From the human T2T-CHM13v2.0 reference genome, Homo sapiens: DNA of 64,000 nt. The notes beneath the pieces are model-generated. The model was given only the letters and a program-made list of their open reading frames with translations, made no database searches and was not told where the DNA came from. The translations under genes were made by a program, and so were the position numbers. Of the stretch, positions 27,160-42,308 are shown in pieces. How positions within the stretch are numbered: the stretch's first letter is position 1; the number at the start of each line of letters is the position of its first letter. The stretch lies in assembly GCF_009914755.1 (NCBI RefSeq), contig NC_060931.1; one strand, written 5' to 3'.

Positions 27160-28070
27160 TTGCTCACTCAGTAACTACTTCCTGACCATCTGCTCTGTGC
27201 CCAGCACTGCACAAGATCCCGGGACTATAAGGCACAAACCACAAGGCAGTCACAATATCTTCCCTCATGGAACATATATTCTAGTAGGAAGATGGGCTTT
27301 AACAACAAATCATACAATTAATTATTTGTTGATGATTTTGTAAAATATTATGAAGGAGAAGAACCAGGTGCAAGGAGAGCATATAGCTGTCTAGTCTGGG
27401 GGGAAAGGGATACTTTTTTGAGAAACTAACTGTGAGCTGAGACCTGAATGACAAGCAAGAATTAAATCCACAGCAAGGGCAGGCAAGGAGGAGGCATTCA
27501 GGCAGAGGGAACAGCATTTGCACAGGTCCACATGGAAGGAGGATGAATGTTTGAGGAGGCTACTGTGGCTGCAGCACAGAGGAGGGTGGGAGAGAACTAA
27601 AAAATCAATCCAGGAAGGCAGGGCCAGAGTCCTCAGGCCTCGCAGCCCAGTGCTGCTCAAACTATGTATTTGCAACGTGTCAAGGACTGACACTTTTGTG
27701 AAATACAATAAAAATGAGTTACTAGAAAATTGAAATTAAAAGACATACAAAATATGAGCCCAAATGTTTTACCACTAGTTTTAACACATATAAAATTATT
27801 CTACCAGTTACTGTAAAAGTTTTTAAATGCTTGACCTCTATTTGTGTCCCTTCTCATGGCCTAACCATAACAAACAGCTCATACACCAGCTCTTGAGACC
27901 ATACTTTGAGTAGCACAGTGGACAGGAAGCCATCAAAGGGTTCTAAGCATAGGTGTAGCAAATTCAGAGTTGTGTTTTTCAAAGATCATTCTGGCTGCTG
28001 AATGGAGAATGGATTTGGGGTGGGAGGGGCAATTGGGGCTATTGGAGATGTCTTAGTGAGAGATCATGTA
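27160..28070 (-). mobile_element. L2 LINE fragment interrupted by a Charlie-type MITE
   Basis: ctgctctgtgcccagcactg...caggcagagggaacagcatttgcacagg...aagatcattctggctgctgaatggagaatggatt. Confidence 0.7.
27648..27918 (-). mobile_element. MER5C-like hAT-Charlie MITE
   Basis: Termini cagtgctgctcaaact / ccatactttgagtagcacag; internal tacaataaaaatgagttactagaaaa. Confidence 0.65.
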
Positions 28071-30099
28071 TCTTAGAAAGAACAATATTTAATACTCGTG
28101 ACAACCTATGAAGTAGGCATCAACATCTATTATAAAGTGGAAATTTAAGGTCATCCCCAGAAGTAGAATTCACATTTCCAAAAACAGTGAATCCAGACTC
28201 CCTGAAGCCTTATTTAAACACAGTCCTTATTAAACACCACCTTATTGGTGACCTTATAACAAGATCTTTTTTGTTGCTTCTGTAAATAGCCTTTCTATGC
28301 CATTCACAGCTGTACTGGCCTTTACCGAAACCCCACAATGCTCCAACAGCCTTACGCGCCTTCCAGAGAATACAGCTGCCATTCTTCAAGCAAATGTCTC
28401 ACAATGAATGAATCCCCAGAGGTAGAAAGAGAATCTGCTTATAATAGCCTATTCTTTTCACTGCTCTCTCATCTCTCTTAAATGGATGGATTTCCAAAGG
28501 GTCCTGATTACTTTTACGAGACAATTGAGTTTATGCAGCTGGGGAAAGAGAGGATTCAGGGAAAGCCAAGATGATTTCAGTCTAATTCAAATGAATATTT
28601 CTGTGGCATAAGCAATGTGCCAGGCATTGAGCTAGATATGGAGGTTACAGACATGGGGAGATGATGTATAAACAATAAAGGGCGCTGCTGCACAACAAAC
28701 ACAATACGCAGACACACACGTATAAGCAGAGCCCAGGAAAGGGAGTGTCCACTCTAAGGTCAGAGGACAGAGATCAGAGAATTTGATCAGAGATCAATGA
28801 CTGTGATCAGAGATCAGTGACTGATTCACTTTTAAAATAGGAAAAGGGATTTTCCTAGGAGATAAGCCTGAGAACACCATCCTAGGGAGAGGGATCAGCA
28901 TGACGCATTTGGAAAACGTAGGCAGCTCACTACTGAGAAAATGCATGGGAATGAGGGAAATGGAAGAAGGCAGGACAGGGACAGTGAATCCCAAAGGGTC
29001 TCATGCACCACTGAAACAATGAAATGAGGCGATACGGGGCGTATCAGAGGATCTGGACTGGGCTAGACTCCAAGAGTACATTTGAGGACAGGTTATTGTT
29101 GGCGCATTGTTGCAGGTGAAAGAGAACAAAAGAGTAGTTCTGTCCATATGACACTCCTCCATGGATACCTCTAGAAACAACAGGATGAGACTCTGAGGGA
29201 GCTGGAGGTCCTATGTTATGCAGGTGAGGACCAAGGCCAGTGACATTTGACTTGCTACTATGACCTCACTGGAACTGACAGGTCCAGGAAACAAGTCCCC
29301 TGCACATTCATGAGAAGGTACAGAACTTTGTGTGTTGGCCCTGGTGGAAAAAGCACAACTCTCCTCTATCAGACCTCCTGAGAGAGCAGGAAAACAACCC
29401 TCTCCCTTTTCCTCCATAACTTTAAAATGTAGCCAGAAAGCCCGATATCTTCCTTCACTGATGTCATCATATTCCAAAAGCAATAAATAAATGCAGTTTT
29501 CTAGGTAGATAATGAAGAGCAAGAGATTATAACATTTTCTCTACTATTCATCAGAGACAGCACCAACTTGGGGAAATCAATGCAGAGTAAGTGTGTATGT
29601 TTTTGTGTGTCTGTGTGTGTCATGTATGTGTATATGCATGTGTGTATATGAATGTGTACACACATGCCCAAGTGAGAGAGGAGAAGGCAGAGGAGATCTC
29701 AGAAACCCCTGCTACCAAGGAGTTATACTCCACTCCAAGAAGGGCTGCACTACTCAGGGGTCTAAGACCCTGCAATCAACTCTATGCTTCCAACAAGCAC
29801 CCCTCTTCCAATTCCCCCAGACCCCACCCAAATTCACTCAGTAGACAATGGCTGCCCCAGAAAGTCCAGTTCATGCCCTTAAATCTGACTTGCAAAAAAT
29901 CAAACAAACATTTTTCCTTTCTTCTTAGGAATCTGCCAAATGCAGCCAGCCTAAGTTAGATGAAACATGAACCTTTCCCCATTGCCAAAGTATTCCCAGA
30001 AGAGCTCAGAAACCCAAGTCTCTGTTTTGGAAATCACCCACATTGATAACAAGAGGTCCCAGAGGCTAGTAAGGGCCCAGCGCGTGAACCCAGGGTGGC

Positions 30100-30107
30100 T
30101 GACGTCA
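30100..30107. promoter_or_regulatory. Full palindromic CRE (CREB/ATF) motif in unique sequence
   Basis: TGACGTCA seen directly; function is not shown. Confidence 0.35.
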
Positions 30108-30379
30108 CTTTGCAAAGCTCTTAAGAGCATTAATGAGTTCATGGGAGTCAAGGCCTCTCAGATGGGAGACACCAAGATAAACCGCCTGGATTTATTTCTC
30201 TGCCAGTGGGGTCCTGTCCCACATCCTTCCCTCTCTCACTGAGAGAGCAGCAGACGCAGGGGAGGGGAAGGAGCCTGGGCTTTGGATTTGCATAGACCTC
30301 AGTTTGCATGTGGCTAGGCCACACTCAAACTTTTTAACTTGAGAGCGCATCAGAAACACTTGGCCTCTGGCTTCAGGAT

Positions 30380-31060
30380 CATTTAATCATGAAACATTAG
30401 ATGGAGCCATAGTTTTACACTGGGCACTGGGGACTAAACACATTTGAACAGACCCCAATTCTGTCCCTGAGAATATCTCAGGAGCAACTACGATGCACTG
30501 CACTAAGTATCACATTAGACATATTACGAAAGGTCATGGAAGCCAAAGAGAAAAGGATATTTGTCCTGCATGCAAGGAAACAAAAGGTTTGGAAAGCTTC
30601 ACCAAGGAGGGTACATTTGTGATGGGCCTTGAAAATACATAGAAGGAAGAGAAAGGACACCCCAAATAGAAAGAAAAGTACAGAGGCAGAACAATAGGTG
30701 GCAAGCTTGGACATTACTAGCTCATCCTGTGGTGTACCCAGAGTTAAGCATGCATGGTCAGGAGTGGCAGAGGCTGGTGCAGATACTTGTGCAGATACAG
30801 AAAGGGCTGGTGGACTATGGTGAGAAATTCCTCATGAGGGAAAGAGGACACATCGAATGTCTAAGTAGAGAAGTGACACAATCCCACATGTGTTTTGGAT
30901 AAAGCACTGCAGCAACTGTGTGCAGGGGGAGCAGAGTATGAAGCTTAAAAGTGGAGAAACCATTCAGGAGGTTAGAGCTGCTCAAAGACTGAAGCAGAGT
31001 GTTACACAGGGCAAGGAGATCAGGGAAGGAAATCAGAAAGCATTTCACAGGAATTGCCTG
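30380..31060 (-). mobile_element. Degenerate L2 fragment
   Basis: tgggcactgggga...ggaaagcttcaccaaggagggtacatttg...aaagcactgcagcaactgtgtgcagg. Confidence 0.5.
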
Positions 31061-32319
31061 AACTAGTTCCAGTGTGTTTTGCCACTTCACCTAAGGCAAG
31101 CTTCACACAAAAAAAATTAATCCTCGGGGATGTGAACATATGAACTTTAGCAAACAGATGTCTCCCAGAAGTTTTTTCTGAAGTGCGTAGATGACATTAA
31201 CAGCTTGTTTGATGGAGTTTTCTAAAAGTTTAGCATAAACATCCTGTTTGGAGCCACAAACCAGGGGCTCCCACTGCAGCCCTGGAAGTGTCACTGTCCT
31301 ATCAGGTGACTGGAGTAGTAGGCCCAAGAGGGAGGCAATCAGGCATCTGAGCCAGTTGTATGGTGGCAAAGCCCTGGAATTCGCACCCCAGCTCCCCTTC
31401 CTCCAAAGCATAAGTGCAAGGGCCTAATGGCAGCCAGCTCCCCTGAGAGCCTGTTTTTCCGCCAGAAGCAGCAAGTTCCTTCTGCCAACATCTCTACCAG
31501 CCTAGCCAACAGATTCCTGTTGCCCACTCAGCCTCATCTGGCCACAGGATTTCTCAGCTGTTCACCAGGTTCCCCCACCCTGCTGTGGGTCTGATCAGTC
31601 CCATGGAGTAGTGGGAGAATTACTGAATAGAGAGTAATGTGGCCTTGGGCAAGTCACCTCTTCTGTTGGCCCCAGTTTCCTCATCTGTAAGACAGAGGCA
31701 ATAACATCTATTCTACCTACAATATGCATCATTATAAAGATTAAATACAAGCTATATTAAAATGCTCTGTGAACTCCAAATCAATAATAGGGTGCCACTG
31801 TTTCAACTTCCAATCCAGTCTCCTAGTTTCAGCTTCTTGTTTTGTCTCTACCTTCTTTGAGCAGGCCCCCAGAAAAGGTCATTTTGAGGTTGATCCCGGG
31901 GAAGCAGGGATGAAATTCATCAGTCCATCTGTCCATCCATTGCTCCCTGCATTCCACAAGCATATGCCCAGCATATTTCATGCATCAGGCAGCTGCTAGG
32001 ATTATCAGACACACAGTTTCTGACCTCAAGGATCTCACAGATAAGCCTCTCAACCAAAGTTTGATGATTAGTGACTAGGCACCAGTGCAAGAAATGAGGA
32101 AAGATTGAGACGATGAACAAGTAAATATAAGATTTTTGAAGAAGTTAGACAGAGAAAGGAGAAAAAAAACAAATGAGAAAGGGGAATGGCAACTTCTGTG
32201 GTGCTGCCCAAAAATTGCCCTGGCTTCCTGCGTCAGGTTCATCTCTATTCACCTCTATTCCAAAGCTAAGCCTGTCCTTGGAACAGAGCAAAGGCGCAAT
32301 GAAGACTAACTGATGTTTA

Positions 32320-32590
32320 AATGATGTCCCAGGAACCAACTCCATGAATTCAAATCCTGGCTCCCTCATTTACTGTTTGACCATGGCCAAATTATGTGGC
32401 TTATTTGTGCCTCAGTATCCTCTATAAAAATGGGTGGATAATGATTGTACCTACTTTAAAATGTTGTTGTGAAAATTTAAATGACTTAATATTTACAAAA
32501 TGCTTAAAACAATGCCTGGCACCTTGTAATTATTCTGAGTGTTTACCATTATTATTGCTATTATTGTTATTATTACTACTACTACTATAA
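32320..32590 (+). mobile_element. MIR SINE with a (TTA/CTA)n tail
   Basis: ttcaaatcctggctccctcatttact...gtgcctcagtatcctctataaaaatggg...aaatgcttaaaacaatgcctggcac. Confidence 0.85.
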
Positions 32591-33069
32591 TTATTAAGCA
32601 ATCATGAAACAGAAGTGGTGGCTATCTCTTAGGCAGCAGGCAGCCACTCAAGATCACAATCACTTCAATTGTCCAAACCTAGTGAGGCTAAACACCAGAA
32701 GAGGGGGCTGCTCCCAGCCAACCAGACACCAGCAAGGGCTCTGCCTGGTGCTCTCTGACTTGCATGGCCACATTTTATCTCTGGGAGCAGAACCAAATAT
32801 CCTCATTACTCCTGACAATGTGTCCAAAAGAGGCAGTGACCAGCCCTCTCAGGGACTGTCCTGCAGCCAAGGAAATGGGCATAGCAGGTTACATGCTGTC
32901 TATCCATCTACCTGCTCAGGCAAATTGGATAATCTCCAAAGAGCCAAACAGGCCAATTCAAAGACACCAGGTTTCTCTGCAGAGTTTCCAGGGGCAGCAG
33001 ATGAATGGAATAGTACCCCAAAGGTACAAGACAAATGCTTTACTGCGCTTGGGGCCAAAGGCAGGTTTC

Positions 33070-33270
33070 TGCTCTAAGAAGGACACTGACTTAGAGTCAG
33101 GGGAGCTGAACTTGAATTTAGGCTCTGCTGCCCACAACCTGGGGACCATGGGTAAGTTCCCTAACCTCTTAGATTATATGTGTCTTCAATTATATGATGG
33201 GAATAATAAAACCTACTTCTCGGAATTAACTTATATCCTAGCCAAAGGTGTAGCACATTATAGGCATTCA
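33070..33270 (+). mobile_element. MIR SINE
   Basis: actgacttagagtcagg...ggctctgctgcc...accatgggtaagttccctaacctct. Confidence 0.6.
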
Positions 33271-35512
33271 AAGCTGTGAGATGAAACTCTGTATTGGATC
33301 TGGTATCAATATTGGCGTTGACTATTACTTGCATCTTCCATACAGGAAAAAGACAATGACTCACTCACCAACACATATTCCATGCACTTCCCTTCTTGCC
33401 CATGAGAGCTGGGCCCTGCACGTGGGGGTGACTGATGTGCAGAGGGACAAGGGCAAGGGCACGCCCTGCCAAATTCTCCATTAACAAGCTGTGCACATGC
33501 CCAGCACAATCTGTACCAGCCATGGGAATTCAAGACTATGGGGTCCCTGAGGAATCACCATGTTAAAAAGAAAACAAAACAGCCAGGCCAATGAATGAAA
33601 AAAGAGGGACTGGCTAAGACATGGAAACTCCAGGAAACCCAGCAGGCAACAGCAGCCAACTTCCTGAAACTTGATTTTGGTTAAGCTTGCCGCCTTCTGT
33701 GATTTTTTACTCAAGCCAAGTATCTTTTACCCAAGGGTATCTTTCTTCATACCCTCAAGGAATCCTTCAAAAGGCCCAGCTCCTTCCAGGCCTGCAAGAC
33801 CCAAGTCACTCACCCTCCTGGAGCCTCAGTCTTTCCATGTGTGACTTGGAAACAATAGGATCTGCCTCTTGGAGCTGCTGGGAAGATTGAAAGAGGGAAT
33901 GTCCATAGTGCGCCCAGGACTGAGGAGGTCCTCAGTAGGGTCCCCCCATATCACTTCATGGTTTGGACATTGGTGGGTTATTGCACATGGTAGAACATGA
34001 GTAAAGGTTTATTAACTGGAAAGACATTTTTACATTCCTGATTTTTAGGCATTTCACGTGGTGTATGTTTCCTAACTCCCTAGACCTACAAGAGATGGTG
34101 TCAGCATTTTTCTCCTACCAAACATAAGTTTTGATAAATTGTTCTTCCATACTCAGAATGGAGAGCAAGAAAGAGCCAAGGTTGGGGAGGGGCAGCACGG
34201 AGACCCCAACTCAAGGCTTTCTATCTCTAGCTTCTTTTCTTCCTTCTCCTCTCTCCCTTCCATCATCAGCTCTTCTTTAATTTCCACTTACATGCTAATA
34301 TGGCTGAATAAGTGCCCAAAAGGTACAGGACAAATGTCTCACTGTGCTCAGGGCCCCGGCAAGTCTCTGCTCTAGTAAGAAGGTGGGGCAACTGGATTAA
34401 ATTTGGACTCTGCCTCCCACCAGCTGGGGGAGCTGGGGCAAGTTCCCAAACCCTTTAGAGCCTCTGTGGCTTCATCTGGGATGAGGAGGCATTCCTGGGA
34501 CTCTAATCCAGCTCTGGCTTAAAATCTCATGGGTTTCTCACTACCCTGGGCTGAAATTTTAAGGAGTGAAACAAAACAAATCACTTCTCTTAAGGAAGGA
34601 TTGTATTTGTTCTCCTCATCCAGCCCCAGAGAAATTCCTTGAGCTAACGTCATCATTTTTCTACCCTATGATGTTGCTAAAGAAGCCAAAATGGACCCAA
34701 TTAGTCTGGAGTAAGAGAACACTGCCCACAGAGGCCACCTGTCACCCCCACGAGCCCCTACTGCCCCCAAGCAGGTGATGAATGGGTTTACTTTGCACAT
34801 TCACTTCTCAAAACCTCCAGCTACAGGAACCCATCAAGTGACATGAGGTAAACACCCGGCACAAACCTGCAGCAGGTCCTTTCTCTCACCCAGCCATGGC
34901 TTGGTGCCCAGAAATTCTTCGTCCCACCTAAACACTGGGCTGTTCCCAAACAGGTGTCATCAGACTCTGAGGACCGGGCCCAACCAGTCTCTAGAGGGCT
35001 GCTACGAGGCTCTTCCTGTTTCCAGGCGGACTGATAGGGGTCACCTGACCAGAGGAGACTTCAGTGTTTAGGGTTTTGGCTTCAGGTTCTGACTCAAAGC
35101 AGAAAGTCTACGAAAATGAGAGTTAAAGTCACAGAGGGAGGCAATGAAGTGAAGAGCACTATCTGAACGCAGTCCCACCAAAAGTCAATGAGCAAATCAG
35201 TCAACAGTGGAGAGGCCTTGAAGCCTGGCTCCACCACTCAGCTCTGTGACCCTGGAAACCTTATTCAACTTTTCTCAGTTTTCACTTTTGCAAAATAGGA
35301 ATGTGTAATTATTTCTAGTATTCACGACTGCCCTGAGCACTGTGAGATGACGTATGTGTGAAACATCTGGCACAGAAAAGGCCCCCGTGAAACATGGCCC
35401 TCAAATTTGTTCACTTTGATTCTTTGTTTCATGAGCAGAGGGGTCAGTCCATGGAGGGCAGCCCTCTGTGGGTTTTCTCTGTGGAGCGATCTCGCCTTCC
35501 TCGCCCCTGTGG

Positions 35513-36537
<1,025 letters not shown>

Positions 36538-38109
36538 GTGGGATTGACAGAAGTCAGAAAGTTCCCATCAATGATGTATGAGTTCACTGTTGGCCTCTTA
36601 GATCAGAAGCCAGGAATTAAGTCAACTTTGATTTTTACATTGAACCTGCCCAGAAGTGTCTATAAATGTTATAGTTAGAACAATGTGAATCAGAAAAGCT
36701 AGGCAGACATTTTGGTGGATATAAGTCATTTTGAAATAATGCATTCTCTCAGCATCAGTTCAATATCACTACTTCGTACATTTTTCTTTTAATATGCCAC
36801 CAGTTTTAAAATATTGTTCTTAAGGAGAAAAAACACTAATGGGCTAAAATTATCCTGAACCTTCCATTCTGAAAAGCAAAATATTTACAAACATGGTGTG
36901 CTGACCCTGAGAAGGATGGCTCACACCAGGGGTTGCTTTGGGATTTTTTTTTTTTTTTTTTTTTAATGTGACATCTAGTGGCTGGTGAAAAAACAGCCAT
37001 CAAAAACCAGGTAGAGGGGTAGAACTTTGCCTGATTCACCCCCACTGGATGGGAATATTTTTTAGTTTTTTAATTTCTAAATTGAACAATTCACAGGAGA
37101 TGAAAAGCTATATGCCAGAATAATTTTTGACATTAATTTGTATTTCGTTCTCTGTGATTCCCACCTCCACTTTATACCCAATTCTAAGCAAATAACCAGG
37201 TAGCTAAGTCTGTGGCCCCCTCCTATCTTCTGTAAAATCTTAAACTCAATGAAAAAATTATGCTGGTGAGTGAGCAGGTGCTGGGAGGAAGGAACAGGGG
37301 GTGCTGATTGCCTTTGAAGGAGAGAAAGGAGACGTAGCCCCCAGAGAGCAAGAACTCCAAACTGAAGACAGGTTCCTCTGAGGAGCACTGCCGTGCAGCC
37401 TGCCGTGTAGCAGGGTGGTGGCAGGACCTCACAGGGGTGACTGCAGGAGGCCCCAGCATGGGAGCACATCTGGCACACAGGGTCTGTGTGTGTTGACTAT
37501 GGCAGATACGCAGCAAAGCCACCAACACTACTGCAGGGAGCCAAGCTGGGACATGCAGGTCCATGGTACCCAATGTAAACCAGTGAGCCACAGCTGGGGT
37601 TTTCTTTCCCTCCCTCCCACTCTGTGTTGCTCTGATTCCTAGGACATCTGTGAGCTTTTGGAAGGGGGAGCCCCCGTAACAACTCTTTGAACTTTCTGAC
37701 AACTTTTGGGGATAGTATTTTGGAATAAGATTAAAGTTGATTTTTAGAAAATTAAGGCAGATGATATGTCTTGAAGGCCTAGGTGTAGGGGCTAACCCTT
37801 CTACCTAAAGGCTCTCCTTGCCCCATAAGGCTTCTATTCCCACTTTAGTCCTCACTTACAAAGTTCATTTCATTCAAGACTCTACAAAATTTAGATTCTT
37901 GGTTTTATTACCATTGAATTATAATTAATGAATTTAGATATCAAATGTGATTACCAGAGTCCAGTTTCCTCCTTTCAGTCAGGTGGAGCTGGTGTGATAT
38001 GAGGATCTCCCGGAATGTGTTCAACACACCCCATTCATGACCATCACCCCAACATCCCTGCTAACCCAGGTCTCTGGGAGCAGGAAAGGTAGAAAGAGCA
38101 CAATGTATT

Positions 38110-39055
38110 GTTTTTAACTTTTTTGGAAGTAATTTCTAACTTACAAAAAGTTGCAAAAACAAAAATGGTACAAACGATATCCATATACACTTTACGCAGA
38201 TTCACCTACTATTAACATTTTACCTCACTGGCTTTTCTCTCCCTTGCCTTCTCCCTCCTCCCCCTGCATATATACATGTGTGGGTGTGTGTGTGTGTCTG
38301 TGTGTCTGTGTGTGTGTGTGTAGTGAATAAATTTAATTTAATTTTTATTTATTTTTCTGAACCATGTTAAGACAAGTTACATACATTATGGCCTTTTACC
38401 CCTAAATACTTAAGGTTCTATTTCCTAAGAATAGAGATAGCATACTACAATTATCAACCTCTTATATTTACACTGATACAGTACTTTAATCTCCCATACA
38501 CACTCCAGTTTTGTCAACTGATCTAATAATGTCCTTTATAGTATTTTTTTCTCCAGGCAGAATCCAGTCTATGGTCAGGAATTGCATTTAATTGTCATGC
38601 CTCTTTAGCCCTATGTAATCAGGAGCATTTCCAACAGCCTATTCTTGTCTTTTATGACATTGAGATTTTTTTAAGAATACACCCTCCCCCCAACACTTTT
38701 TTTATAAGAGAATGTTCCTCATTTTATGTGTGACTGATGTTTCCTTGTGATTAGATTGAGGTTTTGTATTCTCAGCCAGAACTCAGCATAAACAATGTTT
38801 CCTTCTGGGGCCTCACATCTAGAGGCACACAATATCGGTCTCTCATAAGTAATTCTCATTTTGATCACCTGGTCAAGGTACTGTCAGATTTTTCCTCAAT
38901 ATTTCACTGTCTTATTTTCTCCCTTGCAAGAGTCTTTAAGGCCATGCAAATATCCTACCCTTCATGAAAATTCCACCCACCCCCTTAGATAGAATATCCA
39001 TTGATGATTCTTGCCTGATCTGATCTTTACCACGATGGATGCAAAATTATGATTG
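38110..39055 (-). mobile_element. L1MC4/5-like 3' end with an internal (TG)n
   Basis: aatttctaacttacaaaaagttgcaaaa...cagattcacctactattaacatttt; tgatgtttccttgtgattagattgagg. Confidence 0.75.
38278..38321 (+). repeat. Imperfect (TG)n microsatellite
   Basis: gtgtgggtgtgtgtgtgtgtctgtgtgtctgtgtgtgtgtgtgt. Confidence 0.85.
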
Positions 39056-40099
39056 TAGAAGCTCTACAGGTCACTAGGGTGCTGGTACCTCTATATTTCA
39101 AACAATTGAGAATCACTAGATAGAGAATTCCTAAAACAATGACAGGTGCTGAAGATTTTAAGTAGAGGAGTTATGCAAGATAATGTTATAGGTATTTATC
39201 AAAGAAGGAACAGAACCCAATATTTATCAAGCACCTACTATTAATATAGCCAAGCCCTTCATATACATTATCTCAATGACCCTTTATGGCCGCTCTTTGA
39301 GGTAGGTATTCTTATTGCCTTTTATAGATTGAGGGATTAGTTAATATGCTCAGAGTCACACATCTACCAAGCGACTACACCGAAATGTAAACCTAGTTCC
39401 ATCTGACTTAAAAACCAATGCCTTTTACACTCTGCTATTTTCATGGCTAGCTTCTGGTTCTCTCCAAAATGGATCCAAGTGTTAGGTCTACTCATCAAAC
39501 TGAGTGTCCACTGGGATGGGAGACACCATGCAGGAATACTCTGTGCCATCCAGAACTTCGGTTGAATGCAGCCCATGTGCAATGCTCAAGTAGTGGCTGA
39601 TGAAGGCCACTAGCAATTATCCAAACAGATTCACTGGATTCGGTGCCCACATTGACCCTTTCTTCTATCTGTCCTGGAGTGATGAATCAAGATGTCCCAT
39701 GCCTCCACATTGTCTGAGCCTATCATGGAGCCAGAAAACAACCAACCATATGGCCTAGTGAAAGTTCTACTGAGGAGCCTCTTGCACTTCTCCTTTCCTT
39801 TTCAAGAAGGCTTTTCCAAAATGCCCAAACAGATCCTTTTTTGTTCCCCCAGTTTCACACTACAATGTCCTCTATTGTCTTTTAAGCCAAATTACATTTC
39901 CCTTTGGAATCTGAGATGGCTTTGCCAAGAAGCAATGGCAACAGTCCAGTTTGTGATAGAACTCACTCAGAAATATAAAATTAAGGGTAGTAATGGATTC
40001 AAGCAGTTAACAAAACAGACAGAGTGGCCACTCCAGAGAGAGCAACCTTAGCAAGAAAGTAGCAAAAGGGAAGGGAATTTATTTCACTAGCACCTTGTG

Positions 40100-40654
40100 C
40101 TGTCTCACTACCCCTTAGCCCGGATATTTATAATGCTACTAACATGTAATGAGCAATCTTGGGCAGTGCACATACAATCTCTCTCAGTTGATGAGGTTTG
40201 AGTGAAGCTGCTCTATCCTTCGGCTCCAGGGGTGGCCACCTGATTTAAACCTGGCCAATGCATGCATCCAACTGTCCCCCAGCCATAGTGATTGGTTCAA
40301 GGATGGGCACATGATCCAATTCAGGCCAACAGGACTGTGTCATAGACTTAAAGCTGGAATAACACGAAGAGAAAAATGTTCTTTCTCTTTTAAGGGCAAT
40401 GTAATGGACGCCACTATATAGACAGGGTTTGCCTGAGAGTAAAGCCAACACAAAAGAAAGTAGAGCCAACAGATAGAAAAAGAGAGACAGGGAACAAACG
40501 TTGAGGGCATAATTTGAGCCACTAAATCCAACTATGCCAAAGCTAGGCTACTTTTTAGTTTCTTTCTGTTTCATGAGTCAAGAAATTAGGTTTTTCACCA
40601 AAATCAGTTGAGTTTAGCCCTTGTTACTTGCAACCAAAAGAATCCTGACCAACA
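40100..40654 (+). mobile_element. Old LTR (MLT1K-like)
   Basis: cctggccaat...ccagccatagtgattggttcaaggatgggcacatga; terminus gttacttgcaaccaaaagaatcctgacc. Confidence 0.6.
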
Positions 40655-41481
40655 GAGACATATACGTATCCAAATAGCTTTACAGTGTGTCAGATTGGTA
40701 GCTGTCAGAAATGAAGAACACTTGGTATTACGCATGTTCACAGAAGAAAGACATCACTTCCAATGGAGCAATCAGGGAAGGCTGCATGAAAGAGGTGGTA
40801 TTTGGACAAGCTCCTAATGAATTTGTGGGAACATCTGGAAGACCTCCCCTACAAGGTGGGAGGTCAGGTGGGGGTAAGAGGGAAGGAGAATAATACCAAG
40901 GAAGATGATCAAGAGAAGCAAAGGTGTGCAATGTTTTAAAGCAAATTCCAGACATCACTTCACCAATAAAATCTTCAGTATTTATCTCAAACAGATAAAG
41001 ACTGTTTTAACATAACCACAGACCATTCTGACACTCAACAAAAAACAATTCCTTAATAATATCTAATAGCCAATCTATGTTCAACTTTCCAATGGTGTCC
41101 AATGTGTTTTTCACATTTGTTCAAATCATGATCCAAGTCAGGCACCAGAGGGTTTGAACAGTCAGACTTACAAGTTTAAAAGATCAATCTCAAAAATTTA
41201 CAAGAGACAAACCTTTCGAAGGTAGGTAAGTTAGGAGGTGACAGCCATGATCTTAGTGAGAAACATGGACAGAAAAGAGGCTGTAGAGATGGAGAGAGGG
41301 GTGGATTTGAAACTATGTAGGAGATAAAGTCTTCCTACAGGGGAAGGAATCAAAGGTGAGGAATCAAGGATGACAAATAACTTTCTGATTAAGGTGAAGG
41401 CAGAGTGAGGAAGCAGCACCATTAGCAGAAGCAGAACGAAGACTTGGAGAACAAATTAATCAATTTAAGACATCGTTTTTT

Positions 41482-42018
<537 letters not shown>

Positions 42019-42308
42019 TTACATGCTAATTGATGGGTGAGGGAGAGGAATAAACAACAAAATACAAGTTTGGCAAATAAAAATAATTCAGATAAGCTAT
42101 GAATGAATTAAAATCCATGATGTGATAGATAAGGTCTGGGGCCAGGGGTAAGGGTTGGACTTCTTCAGACAGAATGGTCAGTGCAGGCCTCTCTGAGGTT
42201 CTGGCCCTTAAACAGAGACCTGAACCAGGAGCTGGAGCTGGCGGTGAGGATGAACACTCAAGGCAGGGGGCAGTGCAAAGACAGAGTGCAAATGAGCTCC
42301 AACAAGAG

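Noticed and set aside
28335-28440. Possible minus-strand exon ending CGC|gtaagg with ATG GCA GCT
   Set aside because: No convincing acceptor directly upstream; an isolated donor is expected by chance
21368-28823. Short direct repeats as a CRISPR-like array
   Set aside because: Only two adjacent copies each, no spacers, no cas genes, and a eukaryotic context
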